64,000 bases of DNA from Gemmatimonas sp. (GTDB lineage Bacteria; Gemmatimonadota; Gemmatimonadetes; Gemmatimonadales; Gemmatimonadaceae): assembly GCA_031414535.1 (NCBI GenBank), contig JANNVQ010000029.1:160001-224000 (forward strand). Reading direction: 5' to 3'. Below the pieces are notes generated by a model that made no database searches, was not told the origin of the DNA, and saw nothing but the letters and a program-made list of their open reading frames with translations. A program made the position numbers and the translations under genes. Shown here piece by piece: positions 9,473 through 18,101 of the stretch. Each line of letters opens with the position of its first letter. Positions within the stretch are counted from its first letter, which is position 1.

Positions 9473-11227
9473 ATGATTCGCACCGGCCTCGCCCTCGCCG
9501 CCCGTACACCGCGCGCGGCAATTCTAGGTGCCCTACTCGTGAGCGCACCGATCATGAGCGCAGCCGACCTCCACGCGCAGCAGGTGCGCGTGACCTTGCC
9601 AGCCAGCCGCGCCACCGCGCCGCTCGATGGTCGCGTCCTCTTCTTCATCTCCGCAGACACCACCGGTGAGCCGCGCTTCCAACTCGGCGATGGTGTCGGC
9701 ACCGCACAGGTGTTCGGTGTTGATGTTGACGGACTGCGTCCTGGCAGCAGCGCAACCTTAGACGCTTCGGCCTTCGGATATCCGCTCAGTTCACTGCGCG
9801 AGCTCCCACCGGGACGCTACCGTGTGCAAGCACTGATCAATCGCTACGAGACCTTCCGTCGTAGCGATGGCCATACGGTCAGACTTCCGCCCGACCGCGG
9901 AGAAGGGCAGCAGTACGCGCGCAAGCCTGGCAATCTCTACTCACGCCCGCAGAACGTGACCATCGGCGCCAATAGTCGCATCGCGCTCGAGCTCAGCGAA
10001 GAGATTCCGCCGGTTGCTGACTTCGCACGCTTGGAGACCAAGTATGTGAAGCACGTTCGTGTCCGCTCGGAACGTCTCTCGGCGTTCTGGGGCACCGATA
10101 TGTACTTGGGGGCTTGGGTGCTACTGCCCGAAGGACACGACTCGCATCCCGATGCGCGCTATCCCGTGGTCATCAACCATGGGCATTTCCCCTCGAGCGT
10201 AGATGGCTGGAGGGAGACGCCACCGGACTCCACGCTCGCGCCGGACTTCTCGGCGCGCTTCAATCTTGCAGGCTACAATCGCATCCAGCAGCAGCTCTCC
10301 TACCAGTTCTATCGCGATTGGACGGGAGCAGGATTCCCCCGCGTGCTCCTCGTGCAGATCCAGCACGCCACGCCCTTTTACGACGACTCCTACGCCGTCA
10401 ACTCGGCGAACAACGGACCCTACGGCGACGCCATCATGTACGAGTTGATTCCTGAAATCGAACGTCGCTTCCGCGGCATCGGTCAGGGCTGGGCGCGCTT
10501 CACCTACGGCGGATCCACCGGCGGGTGGGAAGCGATGGCCGTGCAGATGTTTTATCCCGACCTCTTTAATGGCGCTTGGGTCGCGTGCCCCGATCCCATC
10601 TCGTTCCGTCACTACACGGTCGTGGACATCTACAAGGATCGGAACGCGTACTATCAGGAAGGGCCGTTCAGGCGCGTGGCGCGACCGGGTCAGCGCAATT
10701 ATCTCGGTCACCTCTCCACCACGCTCGAGCAGTCGAACCACCGCGAGCTCGCATTGGGCACGCGCTCACGCTCCGGCGATCAGTGGGATGTGTGGCAGTC
10801 CGTGTACTCGCCTGTGGGCGCCGATGGATATCCGGCACCAATCTGGGACAAGCGCACGGGCGTGATTGATACCACCGTGGCCGCGTACTGGCGTGAGAAC
10901 TTTGACCTCGCGCACATCCTCCGCCGCGACTGGGCCACGCTGGGACCTAAGGTGCGCGGCAAGTTGCGCATCTACGTGGGCGATATGGATAACTATTACC
11001 TCAACAATGCCGTGTATGAGGTAGAGGAGTTCCTCAAAAGCGCCAATCCGCCAGCGGATGCCGTGGTGGATTATGGCGACCGCGCCGAGCATTGTTGGAA
11101 TGGCGATCATACGCGGTCCAATGCGTACACGCGGCTGCGTTATCCGCAGATGGTGCTGCCGTGGGCGGTGGAGCGCATGCTACTCACGGCGCCAGCGGGC
11201 GCGGACTTGAGGAGCTGGCGGTACTGA
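9473..11227 (+). CDS. Exported alpha/beta-hydrolase (putative esterase)
   Basis: Signal peptide; DSYAVNSANNGPYGDA, nucleophile elbow GGSTGG, late GDMD and EH residues. Confidence 0.8.
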   Translation: MIRTGLALAARTPRAAILGALLVSAPIMSAADLHAQQVRVTLPASRATAPLDGRVLFFISADTTGEPRFQLGDGVGTAQVFGVDVDGLRPGSSATLDASAFGYPLSSLRELPPGRYRVQALINRYETFRRSDGHTVRLPPDRGEGQQYARKPGNLYSRPQNVTIGANSRIALELSEEIPPVADFARLETKYVKHVRVRSERLSAFWGTDMYLGAWVLLPEGHDSHPDARYPVVINHGHFPSSVDGWRETPPDSTLAPDFSARFNLAGYNRIQQQLSYQFYRDWTGAGFPRVLLVQIQHATPFYDDSYAVNSANNGPYGDAIMYELIPEIERRFRGIGQGWARFTYGGSTGGWEAMAVQMFYPDLFNGAWVACPDPISFRHYTVVDIYKDRNAYYQEGPFRRVARPGQRNYLGHLSTTLEQSNHRELALGTRSRSGDQWDVWQSVYSPVGADGYPAPIWDKRTGVIDTTVAAYWRENFDLAHILRRDWATLGPKVRGKLRIYVGDMDNYYLNNAVYEVEEFLKSANPPADAVVDYGDRAEHCWNGDHTRSNAYTRLRYPQMVLPWAVERMLLTAPAGADLRSWRY

Positions 11228-12224
11228 GCACCACGCGAAACCCGATGTGTGAGGCTCCGGTGTCGGGCGCGCCGGTGCCGCGAGCACTGACGCGGTAGCC
11301 GCGGCAGTACACATCGCTGCAGAGGAAGGACCCACCGCGAATCACGCGCTGTGTGCTCGCTTGGTTCTCGCTCGGATCACGCGGCACGCCAACCGCTGCG
11401 TGGCGGAGATACGTATCGGGTGCATACCAGTCTGCCGTCCACTGCCAGACGTTGCCCGACATATCGTGCAGCCCGTAGCCATTCGGCGGATAACTACCCA
11501 CCGCCACCGGCTCGGCGGGATGCAGCGGAAAGGTCCCATTGTAGATGTGCGCCTGCGGGTGGGCGGAATCGTGCGCGGCATCTCCCCACGCGTGCGGCTT
11601 GCCCTCAAGTCCACCACGCGCGGCGTACTCCCACTCCGCTTCCGTGGGAAGCCGCCCGCCTGCCCAGTCTGCGTATGCTACGGCATCCTCCCAGGCGATT
11701 TGCACGACGGGATGCCGCTCCTTGCCACTGAGATTGCTTTCCGGGCCGAGCGGATGGCGCCAGCTCGCACCGGGGACCCAACGCCACCAGCGATTCACAT
11801 CACGGAGGTCCACCTCGCCGCTGGCTGGCGTGAACACGAGCGAGCCCGGCACGAGCAACTCTGGTGCTGGCGGCGGCGTACCTGGCGGCATTCCGCGCAT
11901 GATCTCGTCGAGCTTAGGCGTACGCTCGGCGACCGTGACGTACTTGGTGGCGCCTACGAAGCGCGCGTACTCCTCGTTAGTCACGGCATTCACGGACATA
12001 AAGAATCCGCTCACACGCACGCGATGCACGGGTTGTTCGTGCGGAAGCGCGAACGGTCCATCGTCACCCATGGAGAAGGTGCCGCCGGGAATCCAGACCA
12101 TTCCCTCAGGTGCTGGGCTCGGTGCCAGTGCGGAGTCGCGGGCGTCTTCGCTCGGGGCGCAGCTCACGAGGCTGGTCACGACCAGCATCAGAGTCCAAAG
12201 GCTAAGCCGAGTCGCGATGGGCAT
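11184..12224 (-). CDS. Formylglycine-generating enzyme (FGE/SUMF1), predicted lipoprotein
   Basis: RLPTEAEWEYAARGG, NGYGLHDMSGNVWQW, RGGSFLCSDVYCRGYR with both catalytic Cys, HIGFR; lipobox-like LVSC. Confidence 0.92.
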   Translation of the reverse strand: MPIATRLSLWTLMLVVTSLVSCAPSEDARDSALAPSPAPEGMVWIPGGTFSMGDDGPFALPHEQPVHRVRVSGFFMSVNAVTNEEYARFVGATKYVTVAERTPKLDEIMRGMPPGTPPPAPELLVPGSLVFTPASGEVDLRDVNRWWRWVPGASWRHPLGPESNLSGKERHPVVQIAWEDAVAYADWAGGRLPTEAEWEYAARGGLEGKPHAWGDAAHDSAHPQAHIYNGTFPLHPAEPVAVGSYPPNGYGLHDMSGNVWQWTADWYAPDTYLRHAAVGVPRDPSENQASTQRVIRGGSFLCSDVYCRGYRVSARGTGAPDTGASHIGFRVVLSTASSSSPRPLAP

Positions 12225-12269
12225 GTCCCGAATCTAGCGCCCAGCCTCAAGGCGGCGTAACGTTGCCAC

Positions 12270-13706
12270 GTGACCAGCCGCCTACGCCTTTTGAAGTTCG
12301 CTCTCGTCATTTGCGCGCTCGTGGGCTTGGGATGCCAGCCCGCTGAGGAGCCGCGTCCCAACATCGTCTTTGTGCTCGTGGACGATTTGCGTTGGGATGA
12401 TATGGCTATCGCCGGCCAGCCGTTCGTGGAAACGCCCAATATTGATCGCCTTGCGAACGACGGCGCGCGTTTCCTGAATGCCTTTGCCAGCACGCCGCTG
12501 TGTTCGCCGAGCCGCGCGAGCATTCTCACGGGCCAGTACGTGCGCACGAATGGCATCGTAGACAACACCGCGCGTGACTCCGCGAGCCATCGGCTGGCGA
12601 CCTTTGCGATTCCGCTCAAGGATGCTGGCTACCGCACAGGATTCTTTGGCAAGTGGCACATGGGCAACGACGATTCACCGCGGCCCGGCTGGTCGCGCTG
12701 GGTTGCGATGCGAGGGCAGGGTGAGGCGGTTGATCCTTCGCTCAATTTTGATGGGACGCGGCGCGTGGTTCCGGGTTACGTCACGGACGTGCTCACGGAT
12801 CAGGTCGTCGGCTTTATGACGGATTCCAGCGAGGCACCATTCATGGTGTTCCTCGCGCACAAGGCGCTGCATCCCAACATCGTGCAGGCAAACGACGGCA
12901 GACGTGGGGCGATGGCCGCGGGACAGCCTGAAGGATTCGTGCCTGCGCCGCGCCACGTGGGGCGCTATGCGGATGCCGTGGTGCCGCGTCGTCCGAATGC
13001 CTTGGTGGCGCCCGTTGGTAAGCCGGCGCTGCTGCGTAGCATCCCCGGGCTTCCACCTTTATCGCCCGCAACGGGCACCAAGGATCGCGACATCCGGGCT
13101 CGGCTGGAGATGTTGCTCGCGGTGGATGAATCACTGGGCCGGATCGTCGCGACGCTCGACTCACTTGGGCAGCTCGAGAACACGATTATCGTGCTCACGA
13201 GCGATCACGGATATTTCTATGGCGAGCACGGGCTCGACCAGGAGCGTCGGCTGGCCTACGAGGAGACGGCGCGGATTCCGCTGATCGTACGTTTTCCGCG
13301 GGTAGCGCGCGCCGGTAGCACGCCAGCGCAGATGGTGCAGACCATCGACCTTGCCTCAACTTTGCTCGCACTCGCTGGCGTTGGCGATTCGGTTCCGCGG
13401 CAAGGCACGTCGTTGGTCCCCGTTCTTGATGGCAGCGTAAGCACGTGGCGCAAGTCGGTGCTCCTCGAGTACTACTCGGATATCGTCTTCCCGCGCATGC
13501 TGACGATGGGCTACGACGCGGTGCGCACGGAGCGGTACACCTACATCGAGTATCGCGAGTTGCCGGGGATGGAGGAGCTGTACGACCTCGAGACGGATCC
13601 GTATCAGATGGAGAATCTGATGGGGAGTGCTAAGGGCGACTCGTTGTTGCCGATGGTGCGGGCCGAGCTTGGGCGTTTGCGGCAGGGGGCGTTGCCGGCG
13701 CGGTAG
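12270..13706 (+). CDS. Cys-type S1 sulfatase (N-acetylglucosamine-6-sulfatase-like), lipoprotein
   Basis: PNIVFVLVDD, CSPSRASILTG, GKWH, SDHG, ELYDLETDP; lipobox LGC. Confidence 0.93.
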   Translation: MTSRLRLLKFALVICALVGLGCQPAEEPRPNIVFVLVDDLRWDDMAIAGQPFVETPNIDRLANDGARFLNAFASTPLCSPSRASILTGQYVRTNGIVDNTARDSASHRLATFAIPLKDAGYRTGFFGKWHMGNDDSPRPGWSRWVAMRGQGEAVDPSLNFDGTRRVVPGYVTDVLTDQVVGFMTDSSEAPFMVFLAHKALHPNIVQANDGRRGAMAAGQPEGFVPAPRHVGRYADAVVPRRPNALVAPVGKPALLRSIPGLPPLSPATGTKDRDIRARLEMLLAVDESLGRIVATLDSLGQLENTIIVLTSDHGYFYGEHGLDQERRLAYEETARIPLIVRFPRVARAGSTPAQMVQTIDLASTLLALAGVGDSVPRQGTSLVPVLDGSVSTWRKSVLLEYYSDIVFPRMLTMGYDAVRTERYTYIEYRELPGMEELYDLETDPYQMENLMGSAKGDSLLPMVRAELGRLRQGALPAR

Positions 13707-14559
13707 TGCAGCATGCGACGTTCATCCACCGTTCGGTTGTGCCATCCGCTGTTCCAAGGAGGGCGCCGGCGATGGTGCCTGCCATCGCACTAAGGCCACC
13801 AAGCATAATTGTGTTGTAACCCCCGTCGCCGCTGCCAGCATCCATTACGAGGCCTACAATTCCGCCGAGCAGCAGGCCCGCAAGCGCGCCTCGCCCCGCC
13901 CCGCGCCCAGCTGACTGCGCGCGGGCCGAGCCCATGCTCAGTTCAATGGACTGCGTTGATGAGAGGGGAATCCAATGAAACAGCGCGTGAGGCGGCTCCG
14001 ATGCCACCAAGAGCGTGTCAGAAGCAAACCCTCGCAGCGTTCCAACCGTGACTACAGGCGAAGCGAGCTCCGTGTGCCGCACACGGATGCGTGAGCCGAT
14101 CGGCACGGGAGGCGCCGACGAAGCAGCGCGCTGAATCTCTCCCATCGGCACGGCAGGTGGTGCCGCCGAAGGAACGCGTTGAATCTCTCCTTGAGCCACG
14201 GAGTCGCGAGTCGCCAGCTGGAAGCTGATTTGGCTTTCCCGGAAGCTCCGATGGGCTCCGGTAATGAGATCCACGGGAAGACCGTAGATCATCAACAGAT
14301 TCAATGCCAGAAGTCCGAAGTTGGACTTTGGCACGATTCTCAGTGAGTCACCGGGGTAGCCGTCCAGTGCCGCGCTCAGAGTATGCGGCTGTTTGCGCGC
14401 GACCATCGCAACGACTGGTGTGATACCCAGCGGGACGCCATCCACGGACACCACGGCACCCGGCGGATCGCTCGTGATCAACATCTTTTGCGAGGATCCT
14501 TGGATGATCGTTGCGCATCCGTTCTGCAGCAACAGCAGGGCAGGGAACAACAGCTTCAT
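13630..14559 (-). CDS. PEGA-domain membrane/lipoprotein, function unknown
   Basis: GGAGG 7 nt before ATG 14559; CATIIQGSSQKMLITSDPPGAVVSVDG..GITP; C-terminal glycine-zipper helices. The ORF-track start at 14721 lies inside the upstream gene. Confidence 0.65.
   Translation of the reverse strand: MKLLFPALLLLQNGCATIIQGSSQKMLITSDPPGAVVSVDGVPLGITPVVAMVARKQPHTLSAALDGYPGDSLRIVPKSNFGLLALNLLMIYGLPVDLITGAHRSFRESQISFQLATRDSVAQGEIQRVPSAAPPAVPMGEIQRAASSAPPVPIGSRIRVRHTELASPVVTVGTLRGFASDTLLVASEPPHALFHWIPLSSTQSIELSMGSARAQSAGRGAGRGALAGLLLGGIVGLVMDAGSGDGGYNTIMLGGLSAMAGTIAGALLGTADGTTERWMNVACCTTAPATPPAANAQARPAPSATTSRP
14099..14190. repeat. Imperfect ~45-48 bp tandem duplication within the PEGA gene
   Basis: atcggcacgg...gaatctctcc occurs twice, encoding GEIQRVPSAAPPAVP / GEIQRAASSAPPVP. 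Confidence 0.85.
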
Positions 14560-14581
14560 CATCGGGCCTCCGCAGGTGTTT

Positions 14582-15250
14582 CTACAACATGCGCGCCACG
14601 TAAATCGTGTGCATGGGCCCCGATGTAGGGTGGGCACGCACCCGAAGCCTCTTGACGCCCAGTCCGGCCCGCTCCAACGCTGCCACAAATCCCGGGTCGT
14701 CTCCCACGGACCAGTACGCAATCACCCCGTCGGGCCTGAGCGCCGCCACCGTCGTCGCGATGCCCTTGGCCGCGTAGAGCCGCGAGTTCTCCGACATAAT
14801 CATCCCTTCAGGGCCGTTGTCGGTATCGAGCATGATGGCATCGAACCCGCCCGTTCCAGAGCGGAGCACGTTCGAGACATCATCGTGCACAATGCGCACA
14901 CGCGGGTCGCGCATGGCCTCCGCGGAGAGTGCATACTCGGGGTTGGCATTCCACGCGATGACCTCAGCGAGTAGTTCGGCAACCACGATCTCCGCGTCTG
15001 CACTGAGCTGACGCATAGCCTCTCGCAGCGTGAAGCCGAGACCCAATCCTCCGATGAGCACGCGCGCCCTGGGGCGGTCACGGATTGTTACGCACGCTAC
15101 CTCGGCAAGCCGATCTTCCGAGAAGTGGCGGCGCGTGGACATGAGTTCCACGCCGTCGGCGCGGATGAGATACGCGCCATCGTGCCGCAGCAGCTCCAAA
15201 AGAGTGCCGTCGGGCGTGCGGGCCTCGCCGAGTCGTTGGGTGGGCTTCAG
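14582..15250 (-). CDS. Spermidine-synthase-like SAM-dependent methyltransferase (probable CTG start)
   Basis: ELMSTRRHFSE, RVLIGGLGLGFT, FDAIMLDTDNGP. An in-frame CTG AAG CCC ... (KPTQRLGEARTPDG) lies 17 codons upstream of the TTG used by the ORF track. Confidence 0.85.
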   Translation of the reverse strand: MKPTQRLGEARTPDGTLLELLRHDGAYLIRADGVELMSTRRHFSEDRLAEVACVTIRDRPRARVLIGGLGLGFTLREAMRQLSADAEIVVAELLAEVIAWNANPEYALSAEAMRDPRVRIVHDDVSNVLRSGTGGFDAIMLDTDNGPEGMIMSENSRLYAAKGIATTVAALRPDGVIAYWSVGDDPGFVAALERAGLGVKRLRVRAHPTSGPMHTIYVARML

Positions 15251-15276
15251 AGGGCGGCGGTGAACACGCCCGAAAC

Positions 15277-15966
15277 TTAGCGCTTCTCTGGCTGGCGCAT
15301 GGCGAGCAGGACTCGCGTACGAAGGCCGGTCTTTTCCATCGCGCTGCGGACGTGCGACTTGACGGTGTGCGTCGAGATGAGCAGCCGCGCCGCAATGGCC
15401 TTGTTGCCGAGCCCTTCGCGCATGAGTCCGACAATCTCTTGCTCGCGCACCGTCAGCGTGACGGCCACCTGGGCGCGCAGAGGTCCACTTTCCGTTTCGA
15501 CTTCTAATTCCATGCCTTCAGCGGCAATCTGGATGAAGAGCGGCGAAGTCAATGCATCGGGCAGCACGTGCGCACCCTCGGACACGGACTGCACGGTGTC
15601 CACCATCTCGCCTGCTGTGGCGTCCTGCAGCACGAAACCGGAGACGCCGGCCTTCACATAGTCGGCAATGTCTTCGTTGCTCGTCTCCAGGTCTGTGATC
15701 ACGACGCTGGCATCCGGTAGTACACGCCTCGTGGTGACGGCGGCCTTAAGGGAAATCACCTCGTTGTCGCCAGCCTCCACCAGCACGACGTCCGGCTTGA
15801 GCTCGGTGAGCATAGCTATGCTGAGCGTGGCCTCGGCGGAAATGACGGTGACGCCCGGCTCCGCGTTTAGGAGCGCTGCGTGGGCATCGCGGGAAATGCG
15901 GCTGTCGTCAACGAGCGCGACGAGGATTTCACCTTCGGCGGGGCGTTTGAGAGGGATTTCTTTCAT
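15277..15966 (-). CDS. NarL/LuxR-family response regulator with an atypical receiver domain
   Basis: VDD...PDVVLVE receiver; LTVREQEI..GLGNKAIAARLLISTHTVKSHV LuxR HTH. Confidence 0.9.
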   Translation of the reverse strand: MKEIPLKRPAEGEILVALVDDSRISRDAHAALLNAEPGVTVISAEATLSIAMLTELKPDVVLVEAGDNEVISLKAAVTTRRVLPDASVVITDLETSNEDIADYVKAGVSGFVLQDATAGEMVDTVQSVSEGAHVLPDALTSPLFIQIAAEGMELEVETESGPLRAQVAVTLTVREQEIVGLMREGLGNKAIAARLLISTHTVKSHVRSAMEKTGLRTRVLLAMRQPEKR

Positions 15967-15987
15967 TTGGCTGATGTTAGCCCGCGC

Positions 15988-16013
15988 CTTTGGGTGTCGG
16001 TATCATCCCAAAG
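15988..16013. promoter_or_regulatory. Inverted repeat CTTTGGG-N12-CCCAAAG upstream of the LuxR gene (possible operator)
   Basis: Perfect 7-bp arms just upstream of the minus-strand TAACAT -10 box at 15974-15979. Confidence 0.35.
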
Positions 16014-16065
16014 TATGTCACTACTTCGCGGGATTGCTTCCCATCCGAGCCGACGGTAAAGCCTG

Positions 16066-17070
16066 TCAGCGGCCCGCCAAGTACCCGAGGCTCCGCTCCA
16101 ACCCAGTCACCACCCGCGCGAGGCGGGCGTAATCGAGGGTGGCGGTGGAGTCACTGAGCATGTGGTAGTTCGGGTTGCGGAAGGTGGCGGTGCCGCTGAC
16201 CATGACCGCCGGGTATCCCACCTCCCAGAAGCTCCAATGGTCCGACCAGCCGACGCCGGGAAAGACATTGAGCGTAGCCGTTCCCACCGTCGGCACGGCG
16301 CTTTGGGAACGCAGATCTCGCACAAGGTCATGGACGAGCGCGCGCGATTTCAGGTTGCCCACCACGGCCACAAAATCGCCGACCTTTGGATAGAACCACT
16401 CCAGTATTGGTGGATAGCGCTGCGATTCCGGCGCGTCGGAGTAGTAGCCGATGGATTCGAGCGATATCATGGCGACGATGGCGTCTCCGCGTTCGCGTGC
16501 GGCGCGCGCGTAGACGAGGCTGCCCATGGAGTCCGTCCAAAACTGTGGCGGCTCCTCCATGGTGAAAGCCACGAGGCGGATGCTGCGGCGTGGCTGTGCA
16601 TCCGCGAAGCGGCGCGCGAGGTCGAGGAGCGTGGCGGTGCCGCTGGCATTGTCGTCCGCGCCGGGCGTGCCGTCCACGGCATCGTAGTGCGCGCCGATGA
16701 GCACGATGGAGTCGGGCCACTCGCTGCCGAGTATGGTTACCTCGATGTTCCGCACCTCACGCTGGTTGACCGTGTAGCGCTGGTTCTTCACTTTGTAGCC
16801 GTAGCCCTCCAGCGTCTGCTCGATATAGCGCGCTGCTCCCTCGAGGCCTTCCTCAGTCGCCCAGCGCGGACCCAGCGAGTCTACGAGCGTAGACACGTGG
16901 GTGAGTAGGAGGCCACGCGTCGTATCTTCGGCGGCGCTGAGTGGTGGCAGCGGTCGCGATTCGTACGATCCAGGCATGCGAATGGAGACAGCCCAGAAGA
17001 GTGCGAGCGGAATTGCCACCGCGAGTGGGTAGGCGATGAGCCGCTTGGTGACTGCTCGTGCGAGTGACAT
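16066..17070 (-). CDS. M28 family peptidase
   Basis: GAHYD, GADDNASG, MEEPP, SLESIGY, SDH, YH motifs; N-terminal TM anchor. Confidence 0.9.
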   Translation of the reverse strand: MSLARAVTKRLIAYPLAVAIPLALFWAVSIRMPGSYESRPLPPLSAAEDTTRGLLLTHVSTLVDSLGPRWATEEGLEGAARYIEQTLEGYGYKVKNQRYTVNQREVRNIEVTILGSEWPDSIVLIGAHYDAVDGTPGADDNASGTATLLDLARRFADAQPRRSIRLVAFTMEEPPQFWTDSMGSLVYARAARERGDAIVAMISLESIGYYSDAPESQRYPPILEWFYPKVGDFVAVVGNLKSRALVHDLVRDLRSQSAVPTVGTATLNVFPGVGWSDHWSFWEVGYPAVMVSGTATFRNPNYHMLSDSTATLDYARLARVVTGLERSLGYLAGR

Positions 17071-17126
17071 TTCAGAGCACCGGCGATTGGCGTGAGGGCT
17101 TTCCGTCGCTAAAGTATCATCAGAGC

Positions 17127-18101
17127 ATGCCTACGTCACGCCGCGTCCTGCTGTTTGGCGCCACTGGTACCATTGGCCGCGCCACGCTGCGCGCGCTCGT
17201 GGCCGAGGGGCACGAGGTCGTATGCCTCGTGCGCGCGTCCACGAATGCGGCATTTGCGAGCAGTATGGCTGGGGTCACGGTCCGCCACGGTAACGTGCTA
17301 GACGCCGACTCGCTCAGACGCGACGGATTTCGCGGCGAGCACTTTGACGCAGTGGTCTCCTGCATGGCCTCGCGCAGCGGCACACCTCGTGACGCGTGGG
17401 CGATTGATCATCAGGCACACATGAACGTCCTCGCTGCGGCGAAAGAGGCGGGCGTACGGCAGATGATTCTGCTCTCGGCCATCTGCGTGCAGAAGCCTTT
17501 GCTGGAATTTCAGCGAGCGAAGCAGGCCTTTGAAGCGGCGCTCATGACATCTGGACTCACGTGGTCCATCGTCCGCGCGACGGCCTTCTTTAAGTCGCTG
17601 TCTGGGCAAGTGAAGCGCGTGCAGGCGGGCAAGCCCTTCCTCATCTTCGGCGACGGCGAGCTCACGGCCTGCAAACCGATTAGCGACAATGATCTTGGGG
17701 CCTTCATTGCCTCCTGTGTGAGCGATGCATCACGGCAGAACTGCATCTTGCCCATCGGTGGCCCCGGCGAGGCGCTTACGCCGAAGCAGCAGGGTGAGCT
17801 GCTTTTTGCCCAAGCCGGCCGCGTACCGCGGTTCAAGCAAGTGCCCGTCGCGCTACTCGATGTGATCATCACGGTGCTCAGTACACTAGGCCGCGTGATT
17901 CCTCCGCTAGCGGACAAGGCACAACTCGCCCGCATCGGGCGCTACTACGCCACGGAGTCCATGCTGGTGTGGGATGCCAAACGTGGGCGCTATGATGCGG
18001 CAGCTACGCCCTCGTTCGGCACCGACACGCTAGGCGAGCACTACGCCAAGCTCTTGCGCGGCGAGTTGACGGACGATCGCGGAGAGCACGCGGTGTTCTA
18101 G
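17127..18101 (+). CDS. bciA: NADPH-dependent divinyl (proto)chlorophyllide 8-vinyl reductase
   Basis: GATGTIG, VVSCMASRSG..DAWAID, LLSAICVQKPLLEFQRAK, TAFFKSLSGQV, FGDGELTACKPIS, IGRYYATESML: signature blocks of BciA/DVR. Confidence 0.88.
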   Translation: MPTSRRVLLFGATGTIGRATLRALVAEGHEVVCLVRASTNAAFASSMAGVTVRHGNVLDADSLRRDGFRGEHFDAVVSCMASRSGTPRDAWAIDHQAHMNVLAAAKEAGVRQMILLSAICVQKPLLEFQRAKQAFEAALMTSGLTWSIVRATAFFKSLSGQVKRVQAGKPFLIFGDGELTACKPISDNDLGAFIASCVSDASRQNCILPIGGPGEALTPKQQGELLFAQAGRVPRFKQVPVALLDVIITVLSTLGRVIPPLADKAQLARIGRYYATESMLVWDAKRGRYDAAATPSFGTDTLGEHYAKLLRGELTDDRGEHAVF

